Part shown: positions 1 to 12,149 of the stretch, one piece after another
How positions within the stretch are numbered: the stretch's first letter is position 1
Layout of the letters: each line of letters starts with the position of its first letter
Assembly (NCBI RefSeq): GCF_004010195.1
Contig: NW_025214593.1
Span: 1 to 46,969, forward strand
Source of the DNA: Chiloscyllium plagiosum
Taxonomy: Eukaryota
Reading direction: 5' to 3'
Length of the DNA: 46,969 nt
Made by a program: the position numbers and the translations under genes
Notes under the pieces: model-generated
Seen by the model: the letters and a program-made list of their open reading frames with translations, nothing else
Told to the model about the DNA's origin: nothing
Database searches by the model: none

Positions 1-212
1 GTTTCTTTTGCAGTTACGTGAGAGGTAAAAAAAAAGCTGTTTGTTCAACAGTTACATGGGACATCAGCAGAGATTTACATTGTATCGGTTTAAACACGAG
101 AGGAATAGAGACAGAGGCAGAGAGAGAGATAGTGAGAGAGACTCAGCCTCAGAATCTTCATGTTTAAAGACATTCATTTAAATAGTTTCCAATTTTGGCA
201 GATGGGCCCTAT

Positions 213-385
213 GTCTCTCTCTCTCTCTCGCACACACACCCTCTCTCACACACATAAACTCACACACACACACAGTACATTGAATGGTACACATATACAC
301 AGATACAGAAAAGCATAACTGTGCACAAACAAACAGACATGCACACACACGTACTCATACGTAAAGAGACACACACAGACAGACA
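213..385. repeat. (CT)n/(CA)n microsatellite-rich low-complexity tract
   Basis: Runs such as tctctctctctctctc and cacacacacaca with interrupted CA/GA repeats; a similar tract lies at ~600-632. Confidence 0.85.
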
Positions 386-1769
386 AATATAGTGTCTCAA
401 TACGTAGTCAGGGAAGACGCCGATTCTTTTAATAAACTCAAGAGATTTTTTACAAAAGAAAACATGGCTTTGATTTGCACTTTTGATCTACGTCATCGCT
501 TGATGATCAGACAGGCAGACAGAAAGGCTTAGATCAAACAAGCATTAATTCATTCATTCTAAACGTGCTCCACTTCTATCTCTCCCACTTGCGTGCACCT
601 ATACACATACACATAGACACACACATACACACAGAAGGAGAGTCACAGCTAAAGTGGGTTGAATCAATTCATCTGAGAAGGGAGATAGACTAATCTCAGA
701 TTGTTTTCTTTTGAGCAGCGACGTTCCGAGGAGTCCTGTTGGAGCTATTAATGATTATGAGGGTCACGGGCAGAGTGGGTACGATGTAACTGTTCCACTT
801 CATTGAATTGGCCAGACCAAAGAGGAGAACAATTTAATGGAAATGGCAGGTTTGCAGACAGGAATGGAGGGAATAATTCGTCATTCATACAGGGGTGGTA
901 GTCTGAAATGCTCTGCCTGGCAGGGTAGCTGTGGTGGGAACACTGCACCCTTGAGGAAGCACTGATGTCGATGGATGTGTGGGAATGTGGCCTCATGCAC
1001 GTTTTGGATGTCTTTGGCAGCAGATACTTGATGGGCTGAAGCATCTCAAAGGAATTCTGTGCTTCAATGTATCTGTGGGTCTCCCTGAGTTTTCATGAAT
1101 CACATTGGACCCAGTCTCCATAAAATAATGAGAATTCTGGAACGTTTAGAGTAAACAAGGAAGCCATTGCAGCCATCGTGCATGTACTGGCTCCTAAAAG
1201 GGAAACCTGTCCTCAAATTCTCTCTCTGCAGTCCTCTCTAATCACCACTTCCAAACATATATCTGCTCTGTTGTCTGAAATCTGCGATGGAATTCACCTC
1301 CACCATACACCCAGGCAATGCACTCCACTCCTGATAATTCTCTGAGTAATAACTCCCAGTGGGACAACATGAGGGGAGTACAGGAGAACAGGGACCTGGA
1401 GAGTGCTTTTCAATATGATCAGCAGTTGTCCCTGCAGAATGAAACAATCTTTAAGAAACACATTGCAAATACTAACAAATTTCAGTCTGGAGACCTTTCT
1501 CCTCATCACATTCCCAGTTCTCTTGCTGAAAGTCTTGAAATTAAAATCCCACTTCCTGACCTACCAACAAGTATAAAAAATAACATCCGTCATTACCCTT
1601 TCAAAATTGTCCACAATTTTTAGCATCTGAATTAAGTTACCTCTTCTCAGCGCTGAGGAAAACAAGCTCAGTTTCTCTATTCTTTCTTTCTCTTTAAAAT
1701 CCTGCAATCATGGTTGACGATGCACACTGTTGCTAGTGCGCATCTGCAGTAGAGGGGCGGCTCGAGATA

Positions 1770-2030
1770 TGTTGCGCACTAAGTGGCTGCTTTTCGTGGA
1801 ATTGTGTCGAGTTTCTTGGGCATTGTCGGAGTTGCACCCGCTCAAGCAAGTCAGATGATTTCAATTGCAATCCTTACTTTCACCTTATAGATGGTGAACA
1901 GACTTCAGGGAGTTAGGAGGTGAGTTACTCGCCCAAATCTCCCAAGACTCGGAACTGTTTTTGTAACCTTCATATTTAAATGGCCGTAATTGATATTCTA
2001 TTCAGTTTCAGATCAAAAGTAACCCTCTGA
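1770..2030 (-). mobile_element. Highly decayed LINE (CR1/L2-like) fragment
   Basis: Resembles the antisense of a shark LINE RT C-terminal region (gtcgagtttcttgg...ggagttaggaggtgagttactcgcc); a related decayed piece lies at ~17480-17720. Pattern recognition only. Confidence 0.4.
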
Positions 2031-2780
2031 ACATAAATAGCCTGTATTTAAAGGCAGAGAGAAACTCCGTGTCTTCAAAAGGGTAGATTTGAAATTTCTT
2101 GATGACAACTCCATATTTGTGGTGGAACAACCCTGTCAGTAGTCGTGTTCCAGGAGATGTGTTCAGTGATCATTCCAGTGTGGTGATAGTCTCTAAGTCG
2201 TAAAAGTGCATTGTCTAAAGGGACATTGCCATCTTTAAAGATCACTGATAAATTTCCCCATGCTAGTTAAGTGGTTTACAAAGGCTGCTTCTCAAGAAAT
2301 ATTAGTTCCCTTCTGCCAGGATATTCTGCACACTCGACAGGTAATTAATTATGCAATGGTTTCGTGAATGGGGTATTTTTGTAACAACTCAAATCTGAAG
2401 TTAAACTGAACAAGCAAATCTACTACGTAAATCAGCTAACACAAGATGGTCGCACCTAAAACTCTAGTATCAATAGAGATAAACTGGACAAGATGAGATT
2501 CTCCACAGGAGGAAACATTGAGGAAGTTATCAGCTCTCTGTAAACTGGAAGTTCTCAGTGTGTAAGCATTCTATAAAGGGGCATTTTTGTAACGCATAGC
2601 TTGATCACAGTTACAATTTTGTTATTTAGTGGAAGTTTGAAGAACAATTCTGATAGTACAATGTTCTGAACTGTTTATGCAATCGAAGAATTAGAAAGAG
2701 AAACAACAAATTAGCGTGAAAAGGTTAGCTGCATTTTCGAAGGAAATGTCCACCGGCACTCGAGAGCCCCAATATGTTGT

Positions 2781-3096
2781 GGGCGGCACGGTGGCACAGT
2801 GGTTAGCACTGCTGCCTCACAGTGCCAGAGACCCGGGTTCAATTCCCGCCTCAGGTGACTGACTTGTGGAGTTTGCTCGTTCTCCCCGTGTCTGCATGAG
2901 CCCACCTCCGGGTGCTCCGGTTTCCTCCCACAGTCCAAAGATGTGCAGGTCAGGTGAATTAGCCATGCTAAATTGCCCGTTGTGTTAGGTAAGGGGTACA
3001 TGTAGGGGTATGGGTGAGTTCCGCTTCGGCGGGTCGGTGTGGACTTGTTGGGCCGAAGGGCCTGTTTCCACACTGTAAGTAATCTAATCTAATCTA
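2781..3096 (+). mobile_element. HE1-like tRNA-derived SINE, near full length
   Basis: tRNA head gggcggcacggtggcacagtggttagcactgctgcctcac with Pol III A box (tggcacagtgg) and B box (ggttcaattcc), conserved body (ctccggtttcctcccacagtccaaagatgtgcagg), CR1-like 3' end and (aatct)n tail. Confidence 0.9.
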
Positions 3097-3419
3097 ATTT
3101 AATCAAAAGTGATGAGCAGTTTAATGTGACTTCCATAAAGAAAATGGCACTCGAGAGGGGAGAAGACATTACGACGAGGGAAAAATTGACAATTGAAACC
3201 TAAGTGCAATCGTTCCCTAATGGATTGTGGAATCTAAGCAAGTTTCATTTGATTGCTTCGTAAAGTTCTTCAGTGGTTGAATTTCAATCTTGTCTGTTGA
3301 CTTGGAATGGATGTTTTTGTCAAGTAAAGGCAATTCGTTTTTCAAAGTTTACAGCACAGGAAAAGACTCTTCAGCCTTCCAAGTCCGCTCTAATCCAGAT
3401 ATTCTATCTCAACATGTGA

Positions 3420-3530
3420 GCCGCTGGTTTGAACTCAGCCGGAGGTTTGTTGTGGAAAACTGGTTAGCACATTACAGGGAGAGCATCAGTGCTCTAGAGA
3501 AAGTCCAGAAGAGATGCATACGAATTGAAC
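3420..3530 (+). mobile_element. Short decayed CR1 RT fragment
   Basis: Translates as HYRESISALEKVQKRCIR, matching the CR1 ORF2 C-terminal 'D..ALE.VQRRFTR' motif seen intact at ~19170-19220. Confidence 0.55.
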
Positions 3531-3815
3531 TTGAATCTGTACGGGTAACTCTGGAAACTGTAACAATACACATCAGGTCCTGGAATGTTGAGGCAGAATA
3601 GGCGACTTTATCTTTCGACCAGCACAGAGCTTTTGAGCTGAAAGTTCTCTCTGCTTGTGCCGTTACGTTACTGTGGGCCAATAGTTCTCTTCTCCTTGTC
3701 ACTCGGCAAAATGGCAATGGGAATATTGTACAGCGTTCTGAGGTCCATGTATATCAGTGATAGCAGGCATCAGGGTTGGTCTGTCTCGACCTTTGCTTCA
3801 ATAATGTCTCCCTTT

Positions 3816-3929
3816 CTATTGGCAAGCTGGATTCTCCTCTTGTGAATTTGTCGGAGGAGTGTGCAGAGCGAATTGCTGCGATCCAGGAGAAGTATACATC
3901 GTTGTGTATTGCCCTGAAGGGTTACACTG
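3816..3929 (-). pseudogene. Putative exon 3 (phase 0) of a spliced secreted-protein gene or pseudogene
   Basis: Strong minus-strand acceptor (tatttcttcttacag|CAGTGT). Phase-0 reading QCNPSGQYTTMYTSPGSQQFALHTPPTNSQEENPACQ*, compatible with the phase-0 donor at 4377. It would be 3' UTR if the TAG at 4392 is the real stop. Confidence 0.4.
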
Positions 3930-4376
3930 CTGTAAGAAGAAATAATTGAGACATTGGGAATTGTCCCACGTTTGCGACTCCTCTGAGCCTCCAACTGATA
4001 CTAACTGTATTCCTGTTGCTTAGGCTCAGCTCCACTGAGTCAATTTCATCACCCCTGAAACATTACCTTCTGACTTGTGGCAATAAAACTTATAGCATTG
4101 ATTGCAACCCCTTGTTCGTTACTCATTATTCTTTGTGATTTGTGTGTTTGCTCATATTGACAGAAAGACAGGGGGAGTTAAGAAAAGGCAAGAGAATACT
4201 GACATCTTATTGCTCCAATACAGTCAGCATTAGAGAATCATTGCTTACCAACAAGTCCCAGCTTCGATCAGGAGCAGTGCACATTCTATCCTTGCCCCAC
4301 TAGAAGGATACAAACTCCAGAGTTGGTGGTGCAGTCGTGTCCACGGTGCGAAGTGAATGACCCTGGATGTACTCAC

Positions 4377-4579
4377 TGTTGATTCCTAACACTACGAGAT
4401 CTCAATACGTACGTCCTGACCTGGGAATGGAGGACCGATGCTGACTTTCCACCATGTACCCTCCCTCAGCCAAACAAGCCGACCTCCTGTGAATTGAACA
4501 TCACACAGAGGATGCTCTGACGGGAGGGTACGGCACAGGTCGGAATCTGATTTGCTCAAACGTAAATGGCTAACCACAT
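4377..4579 (-). CDS. Putative exon 2 of a small secreted Cys-containing protein (may be pseudogenised)
   Basis: Minus-strand acceptor after a poly-T tract (tttttttttttatctgaatcccactgttag|AT) and donor ACA|gtgagt. Phase-1 entry continues exon 1: (D)VVSHLRLSKSDSDLCRTLPSEHPLCDVQFTGGRLVWLREGTWWKVSIGPPFPGQDVRIEIS*C*EST. This is the only frame open for ~60 codons. Confidence 0.5.
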
Positions 4580-5049
4580 CTAACAGTGGGATTCAGATAA
4601 AAAAAAAAACTGATCAGAGAAAGGTTCCACCAATACCCGACCCTGAAAGTTGTGGGAGTCCATCTGTCATTTTGAGTAACAACACTGAAGAGACTTTCAA
4701 TTACCCCTTGTGCATACATGTTCAGAGGGTGATTACTTTATCCTTTTTTTAAAAAAGACTGAACCATCACTGTGATGAACAAATATCTTTTCATGATTCC
4801 TCTATTAGAGTTGTAAATACAAGTCATTATGTGCGCAGCACTCTGGAAGATTTTGGAGCTCCAAAAGCTACTGGTGAAGGGTCTACAGATCATTCATATT
4901 TGCTGTTATCACTTCCTCTGAATCGTTCGTGAGCTCTCCTCTCTGTCTGTCTGTCTATCTTTGTTCATGTTTACACTTCCCTCTTCTTCCTCTCCCTCTC
5001 TATCTCACACTCTAATTGGCCACTTAAATTATCGCTCTCCCACTCTGAT

Positions 5050-6115
5050 CTACATATTCTACCATTATGATTTTAAACGTAGAGCAATACAGCAATCGTG
5101 TCTGTTCAGACATATGCTGCGTTACGAAACTGATCCAATTCGTCTGAACATGTGCAGAACACCTCTATTTCCTGCGTACTCATGTTTCTGCCCAAATCAC
5201 TCTGAAACGTTGCTATCGTATCTGTTTTTAACATATCCACACCAGCTGGCCGCTTGCTACAGGCACTTGTCATCCTTTTGCATGAAGAAAATATCTTACC
5301 TCAGATAACTCCATTTAATGATTCCTCTTCTCATCTTATTCCTTACATCTGATATTTCTACCCCGTGAAGAAGACCGTGCAATTCAGTCTGCTCATGCTA
5401 CTCGTAATTTTATCGACCTCTATCAAGTCACAACGTTCCCTCCAAAACTCTCATAAAAACGTTCTAAGTTTATTTAACTTCGACTCATGGCAAATGCACT
5501 CTAATCCAGTCAGCATCCTTGAAACCCTTTTTGCACCCAGGCCGATGCCTCCATATGTTTCTTGTGCTGCGGTAAAAACAAATGTACACAACACTACAAC
5601 TGTGACCAAACGTTTTGTTTTTTTACAGCTGCCGCATAATTTGCCAGCTTTTACACTCAACGTCCTGACTGATGAAGGCTACCAATTCACATGTCTTCTT
5701 TGCTACTTTATCTGTTTTGTTGTCACTTTCAGGCAGCAATGAATTTGCATTATAAGAATCATTTGTGCATCAATGCTCCTCAGGGTTCTGCCAGTTACTG
5801 TATTAATTACTCTTGCATTAACTTCCCAAAATCAATGACTTCACACTTACTGTGTGTCAGAAAGATGTATAGCAAAGAAAATGTCCCTTGGTTCCAACTC
5901 GTCCATGACAACCAGAAATTAATCTAGTCCTATTTATCAGCACTTGGCCTATATGCCTCTAAACCCCTCCTATTCACGTACCCATCAAATACCTTTAAAA
6001 TATTATAATTGCACCAGCCTTGCTCGAGCAGCATATTCCATACACGCATGGCAGCCTGTGTGAAACTGCTGTATTTTAGGTCCATTTTAAATCTCTGCCA
6101 CCTGTAATCGTACCT
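5050..6115 (-). mobile_element. Decayed CR1 LINE 3' fragments (at least two)
   Basis: Antisense CR1 3' signatures, e.g. translation SFTQAAMRVWNMLLEQ...FDGYVNRRGLEAY at 5930-6118. Confidence 0.6.
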
Positions 6116-6119
6116 CACC

Positions 6120-6780
6120 GGCAGAGGTATATTTCTCTACCCATCCCTATCTGTGTTTCAGCGAGACCATTTCCTCGGCGACTCACATGTTAGGTCCACG
6201 CTCTCCATCAACCCACCCTCCACAACAGAAACGTTCATTTTGCTGCCATAAGAGGTGTTCAGCCATCCCCATTAACTACGTTCACGGCCCCAAATGATCT
6301 TTTCACATCCATCCATCTCATATACTGTGTCCGTTGCAATTGATGTGCTCTCCTCTACATTGTAACAGGATGCCAACTCCCGGAGCTTTTCAGGGAACAT
6401 CTCAGGAAGACATGCACCAAACAAACCTACCAAACAATGGCCGACCACGTCAACAGCCCCTCACATTCCTCCAAGGTCAAGCAAAGTCCAGGGACTCCCT
6501 GACCACGAAATACAAACGACCTAACAACTGCAAGAACAATGCATGGTCTTCCAACTTGGCACCATTCAACCACACAAAATCAACAACAATTTCACTAGTT
6601 TTCAAAGGTGCCAGCCCTCTACCTTATCCCAGGCCCAATGCTCCAACTTGACACTGCCATTTTGATTTATTATACCAGTTCATCTTCCTTCCCAGTTATC
6701 CATTACACCCTCTCCCACGACCTTTCACAGTATGCTGCCCCGTGCATCCACCTGTTGTCTTCCAAATTAGCGAAGCCAGT
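6120..6780 (+). mobile_element. Decayed Penelope-like element, linker/GIY-YIG endonuclease region
   Basis: Frameshifted remnants of the PLE C-terminus (RD.FL.DS.VRSTL, GPK.SFHI, LIYCVRC..C.LLYI, F.EHL) followed by a pyrimidine-rich tail. Confidence 0.55.
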
Positions 6781-7227
6781 GCCACCCCCACACATATATT
6801 TAACTTTCAGTGCTCTTTCAACCCCGACCCACGCTTTTATACGCTTGCTACAAAATGCAAATGGTGTTGATTGAACTGTGAATCTTCTCCGTAAAATATA
6901 TAAGATCTGAAATCTTGTCATGGCCTCTTGCTTCAGAAGTAAACTAAAGGTATATTTTCTCTCTCAAGAAGTATCGCTTCATAGGCAAGTGTTTGTTGTC
7001 AATTCAGAATTATTCGCCTTGGTTACTGACCTTAAATCCATGACACCTTTAGTCCAAATTTCGACGTAATAAGGGGAAGCACAAGAGGTAAGGTGAAAGT
7101 GACTGCCCTTCAAAGACAGTCGTCATTTGACTGAGTTTTGGATTTGAAAATCTTAAGGCATCCGAGGGTCAATGAAACTCCAATGCATTCGAAAACTCTG
7201 TTCTTAAGAAATTGATTCGTTTCTGAC

Positions 7228-7552
7228 TTTTTTTAAAGAAATGAAATCCCTACAGTGTGAAAACAGGCCCTTCAGCCCAGCAAGTCCACTCTGACCCTCT
7301 GAAGAGTTACCCACCCACCCTGTCCCAATATTGTGCAATTATCGCTGAACACTATGGGCAATTTAACACGGCCAATTCAACTAACTTGCACATATTTGAA
7401 TTGTGGGAGAAAACCGGAGCAGCCAGAGGAAACTCACGGTGACCCGGAAAGAATGTGGAAATTCCACATAGACATTCGCCCAATTCTAAAACTGAACTCA
7501 GGTCCTTGGCGCTGTGAGGCTGCAGTGCTGGAAACTGAGCCACTGTGCTGCC
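7228..7552 (-). mobile_element. HE1-like SINE (older, diverged)
   Basis: Reverse complement of the SINE at 2781: gggcaatttaacacggccaatt...ttgtgggagaaaaccggagc...ccactgtgctgcc. Confidence 0.8.
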
Positions 7553-7869
7553 TCAATGAAGAGTGTCCTGTTCATTGTATTTTATATTCACTTTTAATGA
7601 GTGCCTGGCCGGACATCCTCTGGTTCTCTGATCATTTACGAGTAGGAAATAGTTTATCCTGGTCTTTTCTCTTTAGCTGCCTCGTCAAATTGTGATTACT
7701 TTAACCACTAGAAAATCCTTCCACACCCTTCCCACGCTCGATCCATCGCACATCTATGGAGAAACGTCCATAGTTCTCCAATCTTCACAACTGACGTTTA
7801 TAACCAAGAATCTATGCAGGCAAAGGCCCCTGCTCTTGCAGTCTCCAAAATATTCATACCTAGCTCACC

Positions 7870-8110
7870 TGAAGGAGGTGTGCACTCTCAGATCAGTGCT
7901 GTCAGAGCTCTGTAATGTCAGAGTGTCAGTTCAGAGGGAGTACCAGGCTGTTGAACAGTGACTGCTGCGGTATCTACACACGTTTGGAGGGTTAGCGCTG
8001 ATGGGTTCCTGCAGTATTGGAGGGTCTGTGCTCAGGAAGCTTCGCACAATCAGGGAATCAGTGCTGAGGGAGTGGGGTGTGCCTGATTGCAGCTCAGAGA
8101 CGGCTCTCCA
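7870..8110. repeat. Degenerate ~30-bp minisatellite-like tract (gagggtcagtgctgagggagtg-like)
   Basis: Recurring cagtgctg/gagggagt motifs; a related tract in the opposite orientation lies at ~19860-20045. Confidence 0.4.
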
Positions 8111-8944
8111 CTATTGAAACGTCAGAATAAAACGTTGAGACCAGTTAGAAATTAAGTGATTTTAATTAACACAATTTGCAATGAATGTCATGTTGTGAAG
8201 ACTGACACTATCTGTCAATAGTTGGAGCTGTTGTGGGAGTGGTGACGTCGCAGTCGACAGTGACAACTCCCCAGTCTTTCATCATCTGACCACGCAACAT
8301 TTATAAAACCAGAAACATTTATTAGGGACTATGTACTCATTTCTCCGACAAGGCCCCTGTCTACAGCTCCCAGAAATTCTGTCGCATCCAAAGATCGCCC
8401 CTGAAAGGAAAGCAATTTCAGAGTATAAGTAGACAGACATTATGCACAGTGCTTCAAGTGTGTTCGGGAAAAGGGAAGTATGACAGGAAGTGTGCACTGT
8501 TCTCCCAGTGTGGTCTGAGCAGGGGAGATAGAGATCGGGCCTGTACGCTATACTCCCAGCGTGATCTGATCGGGAAGGTCGAGTCATGGTCTGTACAATG
8601 TACTTCACTGTGGTCTATTATCGACAACGCAGTCAGGGAATGTACACTGGCATTCTTCTGCTACCGGAACAGGAGAGGTGGAGCCAGGGACTGAGCTCTG
8701 TGCTCTGCTTTTGGCATAACCAATGAACAATCGGACCAGAACTATCCTTAGAAACAAAAACTTAGATGTACGTAGAAAGTTGAAGATAAAGGAAAATCAT
8801 TCCTCGGCAACTGAAACCAATGTACAAAAGTGAGAATTATTTATTAGTAAATTTAGTAGCAACCTTAAACTGAGAGTCTTCGTTAAGGGTCAAACCTCTT
8901 TGAGAACTACGTTAAGTAAGTCGATTCAAACTGGGGGACATCTT

Positions 8945-9194
8945 TGTGGGCGGCAAGATTGGCAAAGTGCCAGAGACCTGGGTTCAATTCCAGCCTCCGG
9001 CGACTGACTGTGTGGAGTTTGCACATTCTCCCCGTGTCTGTCTGGGATTTTCCTCCGACAGTCCAAAAATGTGCAGGTTAGATGAATAGGCCATGCTAAA
9101 TTGCCCGTAGTGTTAGGTCAAGGGATAAATGTAGGGGGAATGGGTCTGGATGGGTGGCGCTTCGGCGGGTCGAAGCCTGTAAGTAATCTAATCT
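8945..9194 (+). mobile_element. HE1-like SINE with internal deletions
   Basis: gggcggca head with truncated A-box region, B box gggttcaattcc, body matching the 2781 copy, aatctaatct tail. Confidence 0.85.
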
Positions 9195-9283
9195 CTGATT
9201 CACCTGAATGACGTTTCAGGTCCGTCAATTCATCCCGTCTGTCGGAGTGGCTCGTCAGATTGGAGACGGAAAAGCTCACTTAC

Positions 9284-9377
9284 CCCCATAGAGAAAGCGT
9301 CCTCTTAATCCACATGCAGACTCGATGGGATGTTCCAGCACCAGAAACGCAAGCAACAAGAGCCGTGCTCTCCACAT
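9284..9377 (-). CDS. Putative first coding exon, signal peptide of a secreted protein
   Basis: ATG with A at -3 (ctgaagATG); MWRARLLLLAFLVLEHPIESACGLRGRFLYG has a basic N-region, hydrophobic core and small-residue cleavage region. Ends in a consensus phase-1 donor G|gtaagt. Confidence 0.65.
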
Positions 9378-9402
9378 CTTCAGCTGATCCCCTTGGAGGG
9401 AT

Positions 9403-9436
9403 ACTGAGATGGTCAGAGCCCAGTTTCCATTTATAA
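9403..9436 (-). promoter_or_regulatory. TATA box plus initiator core promoter
   Basis: Minus-strand TATAAAT at 9435-9429 and Inr-like TCAGT with its A at 9405, exactly 30 nt downstream and 28 nt before the ATG. Confidence 0.6.
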
Positions 9437-9492
9437 GAACACGCAGTACCTTCAGTTAATGAATACACGTGTTTGGCAATACTGTATCAAGC

Positions 9493-9705
9493 AGAAAGTT
9501 AGGACTGCAGATGCTGGAGATCAGAGACGAAGACTGTGGTTCTCGAAAAGAACAGCCATTCAAGCAGCATCGGAGGAGCAGGAAAGTCGATATTTCGGGC
9601 ATATGGCATTCATCAGGAATTCCTGCTGTCGGGCTAATGCCCAAAACTTCGCACTTACTGCTCCTCGGATGCGGCCTGACCCACTTACCTTTCCAGCCCT
9701 GCATT
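9493..9705. mobile_element. Decayed palindromic Penelope-terminus element (same family as 18845-19072)
   Basis: agaaagttaggactgcagatgctggaga...gcagcatc...tttcgggc..catcaggaattcctg..gggctaatgccc...gatgcggcctgacc; inverted repeat centred on caggaattcctg. Confidence 0.7.
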
Positions 9706-10244
9706 TTTCGATGAAATATTGCATCCACCCCAGCATGCTGAAGTGAGTTTCAGAACAAATTTGTTTTCAGAAAAAAACTCCTCAAAAAGATTTTACATGC
9801 TGCGTGAGTTTTATTATTTTAATGTCCATCTGAAGTTGCTTAGAATCTTCGCAATTCACTATTGACCCTAATTAATGTCATTTCTAAATTGAGGGATTTT
9901 ACTCTCATTTACTATCTCTCAATGATTCTCTAAGTAATTAAAAAACAATAAGGATTCAGGAAGTTATGTGTGGAACCGCCACTTCAGACTGTCTCCGATC
10001 TGTGAATCGACTACCTCCCATACTGTCTTGTTTCAATCTTTTAACGATTTTTAATCCATGTTGCCAATGATCAATCAATCCCGAATATTTGATATAGCAA
10101 TATGTCATGTGGCAGAGTAACAAATACTTTCTGAAACTCCAAGAAACAACATTCACAGTATTCCCTCATGTTCTGACTATGAGACATCATTTTCCTGTTT
10201 TCCTTATAGTGTCTATTTTCATTTATTTCGTACTTTGGCTCCCA

Positions 10245-10485
10245 TCACTCTTCTTTCCTGATGAAGGACTTTTGCCCGAAACGTCGATTTTGCTGCTCGT
10301 CGGATGCTGCCTGAATTGCTGTGCTCTTCCAGCACCACTGATCCAGAATTCCCAATATTGATATCAAGCGAACAGGTCTGCAATTTGCAAGTTTAGGAGA
10401 AAGTGAAGACGGCAAATCGTCGAGAGTCGAGTCGAGAGTGTGGTACTGGAATAGCACAGCAGCTCAGGCATAATCCAAGGAGCTT
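10245..10485. mobile_element. Two opposed half-copies of the same Penelope-terminus family
   Basis: Plus arm cctgatgaaggacttttgcccgaaacgtcgatt...ccagcacc (10245-10345); minus arm ggagaaagtgaagacggcaaat...gcacagcagctcaggcataatccaaggagc (10395-10485). Confidence 0.65.
10254..10290 (+). ncRNA. Minimal type I hammerhead ribozyme motif (PLE-associated)
   Basis: CTGATGA (10258-10264), stem II ggac/gccc with one mismatch, GAAACGTC with palindromic ACGT helix III and GUC cleavage triplet. Confidence 0.6.
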
Positions 10486-11469
10486 CATTAACTCTTACTT
10501 AGTCAAGTGTGACATTTTAAACATCAACCATTCAAGGTCACTGTGGAAGGTTATGAATGCAACTGTGCACCATTCTGTGGATATCCTGGGCTGAAATGAT
10601 CAGAACTTTGGAGTGACTATTCTGTTCAAATCTCCATTAAATACATCTTTTAAAAACCTCAATACAATTTATCTCCGCCTTACTTCCAGACAGCAATTCC
10701 AGTACAAACGTCAGTGCTTTGAGGAATAAACAACTTTTTCAACTCAAGTGTGTTGCATTTCAAGTCATTTGAAATCGTGCCTGATTCCACACCCCATGTG
10801 TTCTCTCTCAATTTCGAGCGGGAAACAGTCCATCTTGCTCACCTTTGTTCAATACCATCGTGTGATTGGATCCACTAATCCTTTTCCTGTGCAAGGAGAA
10901 ACGTGTCACATTAATACCTTCAGAACTGCGTTTATTGCACGGAACCCATGCTTTTAAAGCTCTTTTTCGCTATCTCTCTTCGTTGTGCTTATATCTAGCT
11001 CAGACTTTAGGTTTCAGAAATGTTGTGGATGCCACAAAACGAATGGAGGCTGCAGTACCTTTAAACTAGTGAACAAGACCGGGTTAAATGGGTCGCTTTA
11101 CAAATGCAAGATTCACCGAGAAACAGTCACATCCCTTGAACACAAAGTCTGCAGTTTCCCAACGATAATGGCCACAATGCTTGTCTCTGGGAAGCTTCTC
11201 TTCAGGTATTACCGACAAATACAACTCACGTTATTTTACAATATTAAGGATATAATCTGGTGATTATCGGATATTCAGCCATTCAGATCTATGCATTGTC
11301 CCAAAAGATAGACAGTGAGCTGCTGTATCATATTCTGTGACAGCTCATTCCTTTCAACTTAAGTAAAAAAAATCTGATGGTGAGCAGCGAGAAAGCAGGA
11401 CCATTTGGAAGCAGTTAGTCCACAATACAACGAAGAATCAATACTGTTTAACACTCTGGACAAATAAAT

Positions 11470-11850
11470 CAGGCAGGGTGAGAGAGAGAGATGCAGAGAG
11501 ATAGCATGAAGCAAGGCAGAGATGGTGACAGAAGAACGTGGATGAGTGGTAATGACGCAAACGATTAGAATGAGATCAAGAAGAGAAAAGAACACTGGAA
11601 CACATGTAGAGACAGTGGTACAAAGAGATGCAGAAAAGCAGCGAATGAGTGAGAAGAATCAGAAGGTGAAATCAGAGTAAGGCAGAGCTACAGTTTGAGA
11701 GGTAAAAATGGAGACAGATAGGAAGGAGAGAAACAAAGAGAGAAAGGAGTGAAGTAAGAAAAAGCCAGACAGAATTATGAGAAAGGTCGGGCCATAAGTA
11801 AATACAAGAAAGGATGAGACACCGAGATGGAATCATTGAAAGAAAGAATA
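11470..11850. repeat. Purine (GA)-rich low-complexity tract
   Basis: Strong A/G strand bias with interrupted (GA)n; a similar tract lies at 14540-14700. Confidence 0.6.
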
Positions 11851-12149
11851 ATGCAGTACAGAAGAGGCCGTTTGGAAAATCGAAACTATATTGCTTGAAC
11901 TATGGCAGCAGTTGAAAATGTTGATCGAGAGAGATGCAAAGAGTTCTTGGGGAGGAAATGGTGGGATGAAAGGGAGCTGAGATCATTTTCTATCTCACTT
12001 TCCCAGGGTCGGAATGTGCCAGTGTAATGTGCAGGCAACGAATTCCAGTTGAAGTGTTGTCACTGTTGCAAGCCTGCACTATCTAAGTCCATCTCTCTCT
12101 CACCCTCTCTCTTGTTTTGTCTCTCTATGGCTGTCTGGCAGAAAACAAT

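Noticed and set aside
748..1623. Short ORFs as host genes
   Set aside because: No recognisable domains or splice structure; consistent with chance ORFs in decayed repeat sequence.
2781..2860. tRNA gene
   Set aside because: A and B boxes belong to a SINE head that continues into a SINE body and tail and recurs at 7228-7552 and 8945-9194.
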